Below, piece by piece: positions 47,146 to 56,532 of a stretch of DNA of 64,000 nt. The translations under genes and the position numbers were made by a program. Within the stretch, counting starts at the first letter, position 1, and every line of letters starts with the position of its first letter. The notes beneath the pieces are model-generated. The model made no database searches. It was given only the letters and a program-made list of their open reading frames with translations, and had not been told where the DNA came from. Source of the DNA: an uncultured Gammaproteobacteria bacterium (GTDB taxonomy: Bacteria > Patescibacteriota > Microgenomatia > UBA1406 > HO2-37-13b); the NCBI GenBank assembly GCA_964612595.1, contig CAZTFB010000001.1, positions 387,058 to 451,057 of the forward strand, read 5' to 3'.

Positions 47146-48030
47146 ATGGATTCTGAAAATAATACCAATACCATACCCACATCGCCGATACCAATTCGTT
47201 CATATGGATATCGAAAGGGGTTTTTTATTGGTCTCTTACTATTAATACCAATTATTGTTGTAATGTTCTTCTCAATAATTCTTCCTCGAAATCAATTCTC
47301 ACCTGAAAATCCACCACTTCCTACTCCTATTAACGATAGCAAATATCCATTCGGTATACCGATTCCAACAATAACACATTCTCCGACTAAAATGAATGAG
47401 CTGTCAGAAAAATTTCCTCACTTGATAGAGGATTGTCGATTCGCCTATGGCAATTGCGTAAAAGCGATGAGTGATAATGAAGCAAGTGCTTATCCAGGAG
47501 GCATCATTCAAATTAAGACTGAGTCCATCGAAAAATTTATCAGTAATCATACGAGTGAAATGAGCTATATCCTAAATCAAGGCGCAAGTATTCCGGACCT
47601 TGCTAAAGATATAGATAGTACAGCCAATGTTTGGTCATTCAGTCCAAAAGTGGCTTTAACAATTCTAGTCTTAAATAACCCACCATTCCAAGTACTCTCT
47701 GAAATAAAATTAACAGACTATAATAATTTAGAACCCTCCGGATGGGGGAGATTTATTTTCAATGTTCACTATGAATTTTACTCAGGTTTTTATGGTTGGG
47801 ATTACAGAAAAGAAAATAAGGCAAATTTTGAAAATTCAAGAGTAATATTTCAAGATGGATCAGAAATTTTCCCACCAGAAGAAGCTCAGGCAGGAGACGT
47901 AGCTCTATATCGTTTTTTTGCCAAATATTACCCAAAAGATCATTGGGAGAAATTAGTCAGCAAAACTCATCCAGATGGATTCTATCAAACATATTTTTCA
48001 CTATTTGACTATCCAGATGAAAAATATTAA
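47146..48030 (+). CDS. Membrane-anchored hypothetical protein
   Basis: The ATG at 47146 follows the upstream stop. It has one TM helix (FFIGLLLLIPIIVVMFFSIIL). Confidence 0.45.
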   Translation: MDSENNTNTIPTSPIPIRSYGYRKGFFIGLLLLIPIIVVMFFSIILPRNQFSPENPPLPTPINDSKYPFGIPIPTITHSPTKMNELSEKFPHLIEDCRFAYGNCVKAMSDNEASAYPGGIIQIKTESIEKFISNHTSEMSYILNQGASIPDLAKDIDSTANVWSFSPKVALTILVLNNPPFQVLSEIKLTDYNNLEPSGWGRFIFNVHYEFYSGFYGWDYRKENKANFENSRVIFQDGSEIFPPEEAQAGDVALYRFFAKYYPKDHWEKLVSKTHPDGFYQTYFSLFDYPDEKY

Positions 48031-48051
48031 ACTTAAAGAAATACTGAGATT

Positions 48052-48969
48052 ATGAAACAAAACGAACCAGAGACTCAATACACACAAAAGACAGCGTTTA
48101 CGTCGGAAGATAATCCTTGGAAATGGATTGCAATTGTATTTCTTACGATCATAATTGCTCTTATAATATCTCAAACTCAGAAAAATCAAAGTATTTTACC
48201 GATATTCACGCCCCCAATAACAATTAAAGACCCTTCATCGTTCTATGAAAATTCAACTGAGAAACCGAACGAACCTATTACACCTATGGCAACTCCTGAA
48301 AACTCTTTTTCTGCTGATGAGATAACAAAAAGCAATATATGGTTACAAACTAAATTTGATAATAATTGTAGAGATGATAATGGAGGCGAATTGTATGAAG
48401 AATCAAGTAATAACCGTCTTGATCCTAAAGATGTTAAACCAAGCGATCTTAGTCTGAAAATTTCTGACAAAGACCTCGCCGAGCTTGAATGCGACTTTTA
48501 TCACGAAGGATTTATGACAAAAAATAATCAACTAAATTTTGAAGCAATATATGAATTGGGATCAATGACTCCGTACGAAACCTCTGACGATCTTAGTGCG
48601 CGTCCTGATACCCAGATCAATACTTTCCTAACTACAGATCTTAACGCGACAAATGGCATTATTGGTAAGGATGTTTCTGTAGAAGTAGACGGATTACGAA
48701 TTTTACAATTGAAAAATGGGACAAAAATTCGCATAAGGACTCGATTATGGAACGTCATTCCTCCCAACAATCCACTGCTTATTGACCTAATTAATAAGAA
48801 TGCTACATTGATTGATGAATACTGTGAAATCGTGAATTCTACTAAAACTTGTAAAAGCTATAAAATTGGAACGTTTAACAATAACTTGCTTATAACAACT
48901 TTTGGACCAGAGATTAAAAAAGCAACCGAGGAGTTGGAGCGAAGATTGTTATCAGTTGATGCAATTTGA
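48052..48969 (+). CDS. Membrane-anchored hypothetical protein
   Basis: One TM helix (WKWIAIVFLTIIIALIIS). No motif recognised. Confidence 0.45.
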   Translation: MKQNEPETQYTQKTAFTSEDNPWKWIAIVFLTIIIALIISQTQKNQSILPIFTPPITIKDPSSFYENSTEKPNEPITPMATPENSFSADEITKSNIWLQTKFDNNCRDDNGGELYEESSNNRLDPKDVKPSDLSLKISDKDLAELECDFYHEGFMTKNNQLNFEAIYELGSMTPYETSDDLSARPDTQINTFLTTDLNATNGIIGKDVSVEVDGLRILQLKNGTKIRIRTRLWNVIPPNNPLLIDLINKNATLIDEYCEIVNSTKTCKSYKIGTFNNNLLITTFGPEIKKATEELERRLLSVDAI

Positions 48970-49367
48970 TTTCGTTTATAAAAATAAAGCTATATAACGT
49001 TAATTCCAAAATAATAGATGGAGCCTTATTAAATACCACAGATAAATAACCTCAAACAATGACTAAACTATCTGAACTCTGAACAAATCTAGCAAAAAAT
49101 TACATTTAAGTAAAACTTAATAATGACTTAAAAAATCAGATAAAGATGAAGTAGCAATGTCGTTCATAGGAATTGGTTGTCATAAATATTTTAATTGAAA
49201 TATTCGAATTAGCATCGCTGGAAAAATAAGAAAAATGTCTTCTCTAAGCATTAAATTTTATTTATAGAACATAATCTCTCTTAAATAGAATTTAACATAA
49301 ATTCAAACGTAATACATATATAGCCTCATAAACTGATATAATTATAAATTAGTTTTCAAATAAAACC

Positions 49368-50111
49368 ATGTTTACTATCCCACAATTATCCTATCAAATA
49401 AAAAAAATTCCGAAAAAGGGTCGGGGGATAATTGCCCTCAAAGATATTGAGCCCGGTAGCATTATCGGTGATTATCTTGGCAAGGTGGTCCACGATGATG
49501 AGGCAACCAGACTTGAAAATAAACATGGCTTTTACTCCATGCATTACGGGAAAAACGCTTGTATCTTTCCAGATTCAAGACTATCTGGAGTCCACCTCAT
49601 CAACCATTCCTGCATGCCAAACTGTGGTAAGTTTCCCTATAAAAGCCATACTCTTTACTTTGCCTTAAGAAAAATATTTGCCGGTGAGGAGTTAAGTGTT
49701 GGTTACAACATCGAAGCTCCAGTTACCGATGATGAACCATCCTTCCCCTGCTACTGTAAAACAGTTTTATGCAAAGGCACTATGTGCATCTCTCCAACAA
49801 TACGGGAAGAATGGGACAATTTTGTTGACAAAAAACAAATGAAATATATCAATGTAAAAAAAATGATGAATAAATCTCTCGAACTTTTCTCCACTTACCC
49901 AAAACAAATTAGCGACCATAAAATATACGATATTTTCTGCAATTTAGAAAAAGAACCTCATTTGATAACTGATATGATATTACCGGCACTATCTAAAATT
50001 CGAGACCAAATACGACTTAGTGGTCGACGACTTTTTTTTCCAAAACTTGGCATAGAAATTATTGGGGTTATGAATGGTGTGATTTGCGTCTATCCTATTA
50101 AAAAAAAATAA
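49368..50111 (+). CDS. SET-domain protein (putative lysine methyltransferase) with post-SET Cys motif and an approximately 100-aa C-terminal extension
   Basis: KGRGIIALKDIEPGSII, HLINHSCMPNC (NHSCxPN), GEELSVGYN (ELxxxY) and CYCKTVLCKG (post-SET CxCx4C). Confidence 0.75.
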   Translation: MFTIPQLSYQIKKIPKKGRGIIALKDIEPGSIIGDYLGKVVHDDEATRLENKHGFYSMHYGKNACIFPDSRLSGVHLINHSCMPNCGKFPYKSHTLYFALRKIFAGEELSVGYNIEAPVTDDEPSFPCYCKTVLCKGTMCISPTIREEWDNFVDKKQMKYINVKKMMNKSLELFSTYPKQISDHKIYDIFCNLEKEPHLITDMILPALSKIRDQIRLSGRRLFFPKLGIEIIGVMNGVICVYPIKKK

Positions 50112-50118
50112 TTTCTCA

Positions 50119-50448
50119 ATGATTTCCCTATCCTCCGATCAACAACAAACTCTAAATACTATTTTAAAATGGTTTAAAGAGGACAATAAAAAAGAGCAAT
50201 TTATCACTCTTGGTGGCTATGCCGGTACCGGCAAAACGACACTGATCGCCACCATCAGAAAAGAACTGGAAAAAATTGATAAAAAGGCAAAGGTAGGCTT
50301 TGCCAGCTACACCGGCAAGGCCGCCCGTGTCCTTAAAAATAAATTAACCGAACAAAAAGTTATTCTGCCACAGGACACCGTTGGCACCTGCAAGTCGGAG
50401 CAAAATATAGACGATTTTACTATCTTGCTGATATTCCTGCCTATTTGA
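50119..50448 (+). pseudogene. RecD/Dda-like (AAA_30) helicase, 5' fragment only
   Basis: QQTLNTILKWF...ITLGGYAGTGKTTLIATI (Walker A) and FASYTGKAARVL. The frame terminates after about 100 aa, with no helicase motifs II-VI anywhere downstream. Confidence 0.6.
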
Positions 50449-51965
50449 GTCCCTATGTCTTTTTCAGATTATTAACGTCGTCATTACCCTTTACCCTAAG
50501 TATCTTTATACAACCAACTCCTAGTGGTGAATTGTTGAAAAAAGCCCGACAACGATTATCCGTTCTTGAAATGCAACAAAATGATAGGTTGAAAGCTGGA
50601 AAGCTACGGGATCAACAAACAGATAAAAATATTGAAGAAGTTATGTCTTTTATTGATGAATTGGTGCACGAAGCTGAAAAAGGAATCCTGTATTCATTGT
50701 ATCTACAACTGGAGGCAGAAGATGAACAAAAACTAGCTCATTTACATAAGGAGTTACAGAACATAACGAATGCAATGGACATTACGTTTAATCAATATAC
50801 CTTTGGACACAAAAAAGCCTTTAAAAACTTTCTGCCCTTTAATATTGATCACTTGAAAGAAAACAGAATTTTACAATCAACAGCAGCTTCCTATCTTATG
50901 CCGTTTGTGTCAAAACAACTGAATGACCCTCAAGGAATCTTTATGGGCGTGAATGCGTACAATAATAGTCTTGTCTTTATTGATCCATTTACTTCGCGCA
51001 ACAATAATATCAACATATTCGGAGTTTCAGGTTCGGGTAAAAGTGTGACCTCAAAAACATTGATGAACCGATTATATATGCGGGGCATACAGATTATTGT
51101 CATAGATCCTGAAGGAGAGTATGTCAGTTTAGCCAAATCTTTAGGAGGAGAAGTCATTTCTTTCTCACGAGAGAATGGTATTAATCCGTTTTATATAAAT
51201 AGTTCTCAAGAAAATGATATCTTAGATCACATCTCAACCCTCAAGACATTCTTCAAGTTCTTTATCCCAACTCATCATTATGATGGCGCATTACTTGATG
51301 AAAAACTTATAAAACTCTATGACTCAGGTTCACCAAACTTTGAAAACTTACTTGAACTATTAAAAGACAGTCCTATGCAGAAAGATTTAAGTGTCCTGTC
51401 TGCGGGAAGTTTACGGGGAGTGTTTAATTCAACTCGCAGACTTGAACTTGATAATGATATTATTGTCCTCGATTTACATGATCTAAAGAAAGATGAGAAA
51501 CGAGATCCAGCTATATACCTTTTAACATCACCCATTTGGAATTTGGTGAATAAAAATAATGATAAACGACGAATGCTTTTTATTGACGAAGCACATAAAT
51601 TATTAGTTGATCCGGAAGTTGCCATATTTTATCGAGAACTTGTCAAACAAGCTCGTAAGCGAAATGTCGGTGTTGTGTCTATCACGCAAGATGTAGAAGA
51701 TTTTCTCCATAACGAATATGGAAAAGCAATTATCACTAACTCTGAAACAAAAATACTTCTTAAGCAGTCATATGCCACGCTTGAGCAGATCGGGACTATT
51801 TACCCAATGACTGACGAGGAGAAACAACAATTGGGACATTTAGAGATTGGGGAGGTTGTGTTATTTCGTGAAGGAGAACATATTAGACTCAATGTTCTTG
51901 TTTTGCCACATGAGCAGCCCTTAGTATTTACCTCGCATACTGATACCCATGAAGAAGCTTCTTAA
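50445..51965 (+). CDS. VirB4/TraC-family (DUF87-type) secretion ATPase, apparently 5'-truncated
   Basis: Walker A FGVSGSGKSV, IIVIDPEGEY, Walker B MLFIDEAHKL and RKRNVGVVSITQDVEDF. The frame is open back to 50343 (..AKYRRFYYLADIPAYLSPYVFF) without a start codon, and there is only a TTG at 50445. Confidence 0.6.
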   Translation: MSPYVFFRLLTSSLPFTLSIFIQPTPSGELLKKARQRLSVLEMQQNDRLKAGKLRDQQTDKNIEEVMSFIDELVHEAEKGILYSLYLQLEAEDEQKLAHLHKELQNITNAMDITFNQYTFGHKKAFKNFLPFNIDHLKENRILQSTAASYLMPFVSKQLNDPQGIFMGVNAYNNSLVFIDPFTSRNNNINIFGVSGSGKSVTSKTLMNRLYMRGIQIIVIDPEGEYVSLAKSLGGEVISFSRENGINPFYINSSQENDILDHISTLKTFFKFFIPTHHYDGALLDEKLIKLYDSGSPNFENLLELLKDSPMQKDLSVLSAGSLRGVFNSTRRLELDNDIIVLDLHDLKKDEKRDPAIYLLTSPIWNLVNKNNDKRRMLFIDEAHKLLVDPEVAIFYRELVKQARKRNVGVVSITQDVEDFLHNEYGKAIITNSETKILLKQSYATLEQIGTIYPMTDEEKQQLGHLEIGEVVLFREGEHIRLNVLVLPHEQPLVFTSHTDTHEEAS

Positions 51966-52707
51966 TCTTCATGCGTTCAAGCAAGATCCCTTTGGTTTTA
52001 TCATAGATGCAATCATTACGATTGTTGTTAATCTGGTTATTCCGATTCCCTTGGCAGGTACGTTTGTCAGTAGTTTGCGTGGACCAGCATTAGGCTGTCT
52101 TGCATCACTTCTTCTTTTAGGACTATTTATGCTCGTAACTATTGGAACGATTATTCTGTCACCATTTCTTGTGAGCTCAAGCTTTCTACAACAATTAACT
52201 TCAAACTTAGTGATTCCCTCAAATATCGCAGCTGATGATAGTTTTATAGAAACGTCTATACCTGTACAAAATCCATTTGGTGGAGTTGGTATGAGCTACA
52301 CGACCGTAACAGCATATTATCTTGATCCAAATTACTTTTTACAGTTTGGGAGAGTTCACACCGGCGTTGATTTGGTACCAACTGAAACCTACTTTGAAAA
52401 CAGCAAAACATATAAAGAAACGCATCAAATAGTGATCTTCTCAACCATTAATGGATCAGTGAGTCATTTTATTGATGAATATGGCGGTGAAACGGTAGAA
52501 GTGACAAATAGCGAAAATACGTTAAAGGCTGTTTTCGTGCATTTCAGTAAGGTTTTGGTTAATTCAGGAGTAACCATCAAAGCAGGAACTCCAATAGGGA
52601 TCATGGGTAAAACAGGATTTGTTACGGGAGAGCATGTGCATTATGAAATTAGAATAAAAAATGGTAATTCATGGGGAATTACTGATCCGTTACAATATAT
52701 ACAATAA
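51949..52707 (+). CDS. Membrane protein with C-terminal M23 (LytM-type) peptidase domain
   Basis: Two to three TM helices, then HTGVDLVP (HxxxD) and GEHVHYEIR (HxH). It overlaps the ATPase gene by 17 nt. Confidence 0.7.
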   Translation: MKKLLNLHAFKQDPFGFIIDAIITIVVNLVIPIPLAGTFVSSLRGPALGCLASLLLLGLFMLVTIGTIILSPFLVSSSFLQQLTSNLVIPSNIAADDSFIETSIPVQNPFGGVGMSYTTVTAYYLDPNYFLQFGRVHTGVDLVPTETYFENSKTYKETHQIVIFSTINGSVSHFIDEYGGETVEVTNSENTLKAVFVHFSKVLVNSGVTIKAGTPIGIMGKTGFVTGEHVHYEIRIKNGNSWGITDPLQYIQ

Positions 52708-52709
52708 TT

Positions 52710-53480
52710 ATGAAAGATATTGAACTTAATCCATTAAACCAGAGTCAGCGAAAATTATTGCAACTAGGAGTTGTTTTGTTGCTGGGGATATTCCTCATAG
52801 GATATTTCTTTGTTATTTCTAAAAAAACTACAACCGTCTATTTACAAGACGAAAATCTTCACATATTTGAGGATTCCATGCAATTTAGCTACCCTGATAG
52901 GCTTTCAATGCATTACCCGTATCTGTTAGTAGTGCAACCAGAAAAGCAATTAACGTATATTTATAATCTTGAACAAAAAAGGGGAGACAAAAATGTTAGT
53001 GAAATAGCGTTAGATTACTACGACGGAAAACTACTATATGTCAAAGGAACATCTACTTTCATTGATAAACAAGATCTAGAGGTTTTATGTGAAAAGGGAA
53101 TTATTAAAAATGAGCGAGAAGTTCTTTGTGTGACGAAAGTGCATCCGAATAGCATGCAGAATAAGCTCATAAGCATTAATCCTGAAACTGAACAGAAAAA
53201 AGATTTATACATCTCGCAAAATATAATCTCTGACGTGAATTTCATAGATCATAGTTACTATTTAGGGGAGATCAGTATTGATGGTAATAAAAATTTCTTA
53301 GTAATTGATGGGAAGCAAATTGAAGTCCCTAATATAGTGAGTATGATCTATGAAATGAACGGAGGAGTTTATTTTGCTTCGTTTAAGAGTGCTCTCAACA
53401 AGGATAAGGAAAGTTATTATCTTGTGAGAGATAATAGAGCCGAGAAACAACAAGAGGATAAAATATATCTATTTAAATGA
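52710..53480 (+). CDS. Membrane-anchored hypothetical protein (256 aa)
   Basis: One TM helix (LQLGVVLLLGIFLIGYFFVI). Two nt after the preceding stop. Confidence 0.45.
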   Translation: MKDIELNPLNQSQRKLLQLGVVLLLGIFLIGYFFVISKKTTTVYLQDENLHIFEDSMQFSYPDRLSMHYPYLLVVQPEKQLTYIYNLEQKRGDKNVSEIALDYYDGKLLYVKGTSTFIDKQDLEVLCEKGIIKNEREVLCVTKVHPNSMQNKLISINPETEQKKDLYISQNIISDVNFIDHSYYLGEISIDGNKNFLVIDGKQIEVPNIVSMIYEMNGGVYFASFKSALNKDKESYYLVRDNRAEKQQEDKIYLFK

Positions 53481-53481
53481 C

Positions 53482-53718
53482 TTAATTTCTAGGTCTTTCT
53501 TCTAAGATTGCTTTTGCCAACTGCCGCATTCCATTTGCAACGACTTCGAGATATTCTACATCATCAAGTTTTTCAGGAGCTATCTGCTCAATTGCTTTTT
53601 GGGCATATTCCAAAGCTTTATCATGATCATTGAGCAAAGTTACGAGAGTTTCGTTATCTAGAGCTTCAATCTGATGTTTATATTTATCATTCTCGAGAAT
53701 ATCTTCTGTAATACCCAT
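53482..53718 (-). CDS. Small acidic hypothetical protein
   Basis: ORF only. The ATG at 53718 is preferred over the TTG at 53736. Confidence 0.35.
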   Translation of the reverse strand: MGITEDILENDKYKHQIEALDNETLVTLLNDHDKALEYAQKAIEQIAPEKLDDVEYLEVVANGMRQLAKAILEERPRN

Positions 53719-53880
53719 ATAACTCAATTCTAACAAAAAATCATACCAAGAGGAGTAATAAGAAAACAGAGATATTATTCCTCAATCTTATTTTTTGATA
53801 TAATGAGCTCACCTGATTCGGATAGATAGAACTGCATCAAACTATAGAAATGTGATACAATTGGTTCGAATAGAGACGCA

Positions 53881-55333
53881 TCAGGTCCGCCATTGTGCAC
53901 GAATGCTCGCAAGAGCCTCGGATTGTGCCTTAGTAACGGGCTTTTTGCTCAGTTCTAACCCTAAGTATTGTTTTTGCGGTAGGGGTGCTCGGTTTTCAAT
54001 GGGGACAAACCATTCCATTTTGTCGATGTAGAGTTTTCCAGCCTTGATTTGGGTATTTAGACCAAGAGCCATTAAGATTTCCTTCTTCAGTTCTAACCCT
54101 TGTCTACCCATTTCGTTTGCCTTAAGGAACATCATTCTGGCATAAGTGGCGAAGTTAAAAGTTCTCTCTGTTAACTCCAGCCATCTCTCAGCTCTGTCTT
54201 CAGTGTGGCGAAGTTTGCCTTTCATTTCAGTGATTTTGGTTTGCAGCTCATTTCTTTCCTTGATAAAGGTATTGTCATCAATCAGATCTCGGTAGCGCAT
54301 CTTAGTCAGGTTATCCAGTTCCTTCTGGGTAGTAACTAAGTTGTTATGCTGCATTTCGTAAACTTTGGTGCGGTCTTCAATATCTCTGTCGTTATTCTCG
54401 TTGAGGATCTCCAGCGCCCAGTCTCGAAACTCTGGGAGAATGGTTAAACCCTCGAGTACCTTCTCGATTTGTGTCTCTAATTTATCCAATGGAAGCATTT
54501 TTCTTTGGGAGCAGTTGATAGTGGTTTTCTTCCTGGTGCAATGATAATAGGTGTATTGCTCGATCTGACCTGTCTTTTTAATAAACTTTTTCTTGATTTC
54601 GGCAGTGTAGAGACAACCACACTCTGCACAGCGAATAAAGCCTGTAAAAGCGAAGAAGTGTTCTTCTGGTCTTGGTTTGCCTTTTCTGCCCAGTAATACC
54701 TGCACCTGGTCAAATTCCTCTAAGGTTATCATTGGTTCGTGTTTACCTTCAAACTGCACGCCTTTATGTTCGATAACGCCTGCATAGAAGATATTGGTAA
54801 AATCCTGTAGATACCGCTTCGGGAGAGGGGCTTGCCTCCCAACTTCTTGCTTTTTCTGGTGCGATAACCCCATTCCTCATTGGCAATCTTAAGAATTTGC
54901 GGTGGTGTGTATGCACCGGTGAGCATCAGCTGTCACATTTTACTTACCAGGTTGAATCGCTCGGTGTCTTTGGTAATAGTTTTCTCCAGCTGGTCATTTA
55001 AGTAGCCTGATGGGGCAAGGTTAGGCAGCCAGCCCTTTGTCAGTTTTGTTTCTAAACCTCGTTTTACATTCTTGCTCAGGTCAATGACATATTGATTGGA
55101 AGTAGCTGCATCCACGCTGAAGATGAGGACATTATCTCCTGGTAAGTATTCTCGGTCATAAGTCTGGATTGATTTGATGATGTTCTTCTGGAGTAGCCAG
55201 CTGATTCTGCCACTATCGACTGGGTTACGAGATAAACGGTTAATTTGCCAGCAAAGGATGCCATCAGACTCGCCATCCTCAATCCGCCCAATCATTTCTT
55301 CAAAAACATCTCTTACTCCTGGGGCTTTGGCAA
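53881..55333 (-). pseudogene. Large serine recombinase pseudogene (5'-truncated, one in-frame TGA, one frameshift)
   Basis: There are three pieces. Piece 55333..54933 reads AKAPGVRDVFEEMIGRIEDGESDGILCWQINRLSRN... and ends at TGA 54935..54933. The same frame resumes with QLMLTGAYTPPQILKIANEEWG..SGIYRIL. It then shifts into 54873..53881 (YLQDFTNIFYAGV...CAECGCLY...YYHCT, zinc ribbon plus coiled coil). The nucleophile-Ser region is missing because a TAA lies just upstream. Confidence 0.8.
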
Positions 55334-55422
55334 AAAAAAGCCAAAGCTGTTATGCTTTGACTTTATAAAAAGGAGGTTTGGTTCAACTTCTGATTTGTTG
55401 AGCCAACAAATTCAAGAAAAGT

Positions 55423-56070
55423 TTAGAGGAGTCTAGTGATTGTCATTTCCCTCCAATCGAAGAGCTTATCTATTCCCAAGTCCTTCTTGACCCGCTGGTT
55501 AATCTGCTGGACTGGGTCATATACCCGATGGTAGTTTTCTTTGGTTTTGGGTGGCTTGCCATAGGAGTCCTGGTAGTAACCTGTGATTGCTTCATAAACC
55601 TCTGACCAATCGACGGGCTTGCCTTTGCTGTGCTTGAACATTGCCCGACACAAAAAATGCTCGTTTTTGAATGGAGGCAAGCAACACTTCTTGTCTCCTA
55701 TGACCAAGACAGCTTCCTTTTCGATGAACTTAACACTGTTGCCAGCCGACTTGATTGAGGTTTCTTTTATCTGGGGACTCTCATCATCAAGAAGTTTTAC
55801 TAACTTCCCTCGGTCTACCTCGACTACAACCTTGTCTGAATGCAATGACAGGATGTGGCTATGCAAGTCGGAGAGGTTAATGGTTTTGAGAACCTGCTGC
55901 TCCAATAACCGGATTAAGACTTTTTCGATGGTATCTTTTCCGATAAAAGTTCCTGTTTCATCTCTGAAGTTATCCAGAGGAATCACAATACTGTTTTCCT
56001 GTTCAGGTGATAGGTCTACTTCCTGTCTAATAACTTTGACGATATCCAAGATCGCCTTTGGCATGCTCAT
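55423..56070 (-). CDS. Hypothetical protein (215 aa)
   Basis: ORF downstream of the XRE gene on the same strand. No motif recognised. Confidence 0.45.
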   Translation of the reverse strand: MSMPKAILDIVKVIRQEVDLSPEQENSIVIPLDNFRDETGTFIGKDTIEKVLIRLLEQQVLKTINLSDLHSHILSLHSDKVVVEVDRGKLVKLLDDESPQIKETSIKSAGNSVKFIEKEAVLVIGDKKCCLPPFKNEHFLCRAMFKHSKGKPVDWSEVYEAITGYYQDSYGKPPKTKENYHRVYDPVQQINQRVKKDLGIDKLFDWREMTITRLL

Positions 56071-56146
56071 AGTAATGTTTGGGTAATATAAGTCCTCACT
56101 GGACTTTACCTGTTTTTATTTTATCGAGAACGAGGGATATATAAAC

Positions 56147-56374
56147 TCAAAAGGGAAGCAGCTCGGAGGATTTCACTTTTAATGCCTTAGCAATTTTATA
56201 CAAAGTCCGTATCGTTGGGTTTCTTTCACCCCTCTCAACCATGCCAATGTAAGTCCTGTGCATGGACAGCTTGGCGGCTAATTCCTCCTGGCTTATTCCC
56301 TGAGATTTCCTGACTTTTTGTAGTCTATCCCCAAAGTTCTTTAAAATGTGCTGGTGTGTAATTGGTTTGCCCAT
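56147..56374 (-). CDS. XRE-family helix-turn-helix transcriptional regulator (75 aa)
   Basis: LQKVRKSQGISQEELAAKLSMHRTYIGMVERGERNPTIRTLYKIAKAL. Confidence 0.85.
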   Translation of the reverse strand: MGKPITHQHILKNFGDRLQKVRKSQGISQEELAAKLSMHRTYIGMVERGERNPTIRTLYKIAKALKVKSSELLPF

Positions 56375-56532
56375 TACTTAAAATCGTAGAGACTCCTTGT
56401 CTCATTCTCGACATACTCCTTGTATTCTTTTGTGCTAAAATATGCCTGTAGATAAGTCTAAACTTGACAATCGTCTCGAAAGGAAGTTAACATCTCGAAA
56501 CCTTTAGCAGTTAGCGCATAAGGAGGACAAAA

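Noticed and set aside
53863-53871. GGTTCGAAT 9-mer identical to the tRNA-Ser T-loop region, located exactly at the E1/E2 boundary, as a possible remnant att/tRNA duplication. A similar GCGGGTTCGAT also occurs at about 43147..43157.
   Set aside because: A given 9-mer is expected about 0.5 times by chance in 64 kb on two strands. The flanking bases do not extend the match convincingly (about 12/16) and no T-stem can be formed. It is kept only as a hint for att-site mapping.
54933-54935. In-frame TGA inside the second serine recombinase as possible UGA recoding (code 25/4)
   Set aside because: TGA clearly terminates many well-defined genes in this window, for example the ATGA overlaps at 366 and 31262. 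The same gene also has a frameshift and a 5' truncation, so a pseudogene is the simpler reading.
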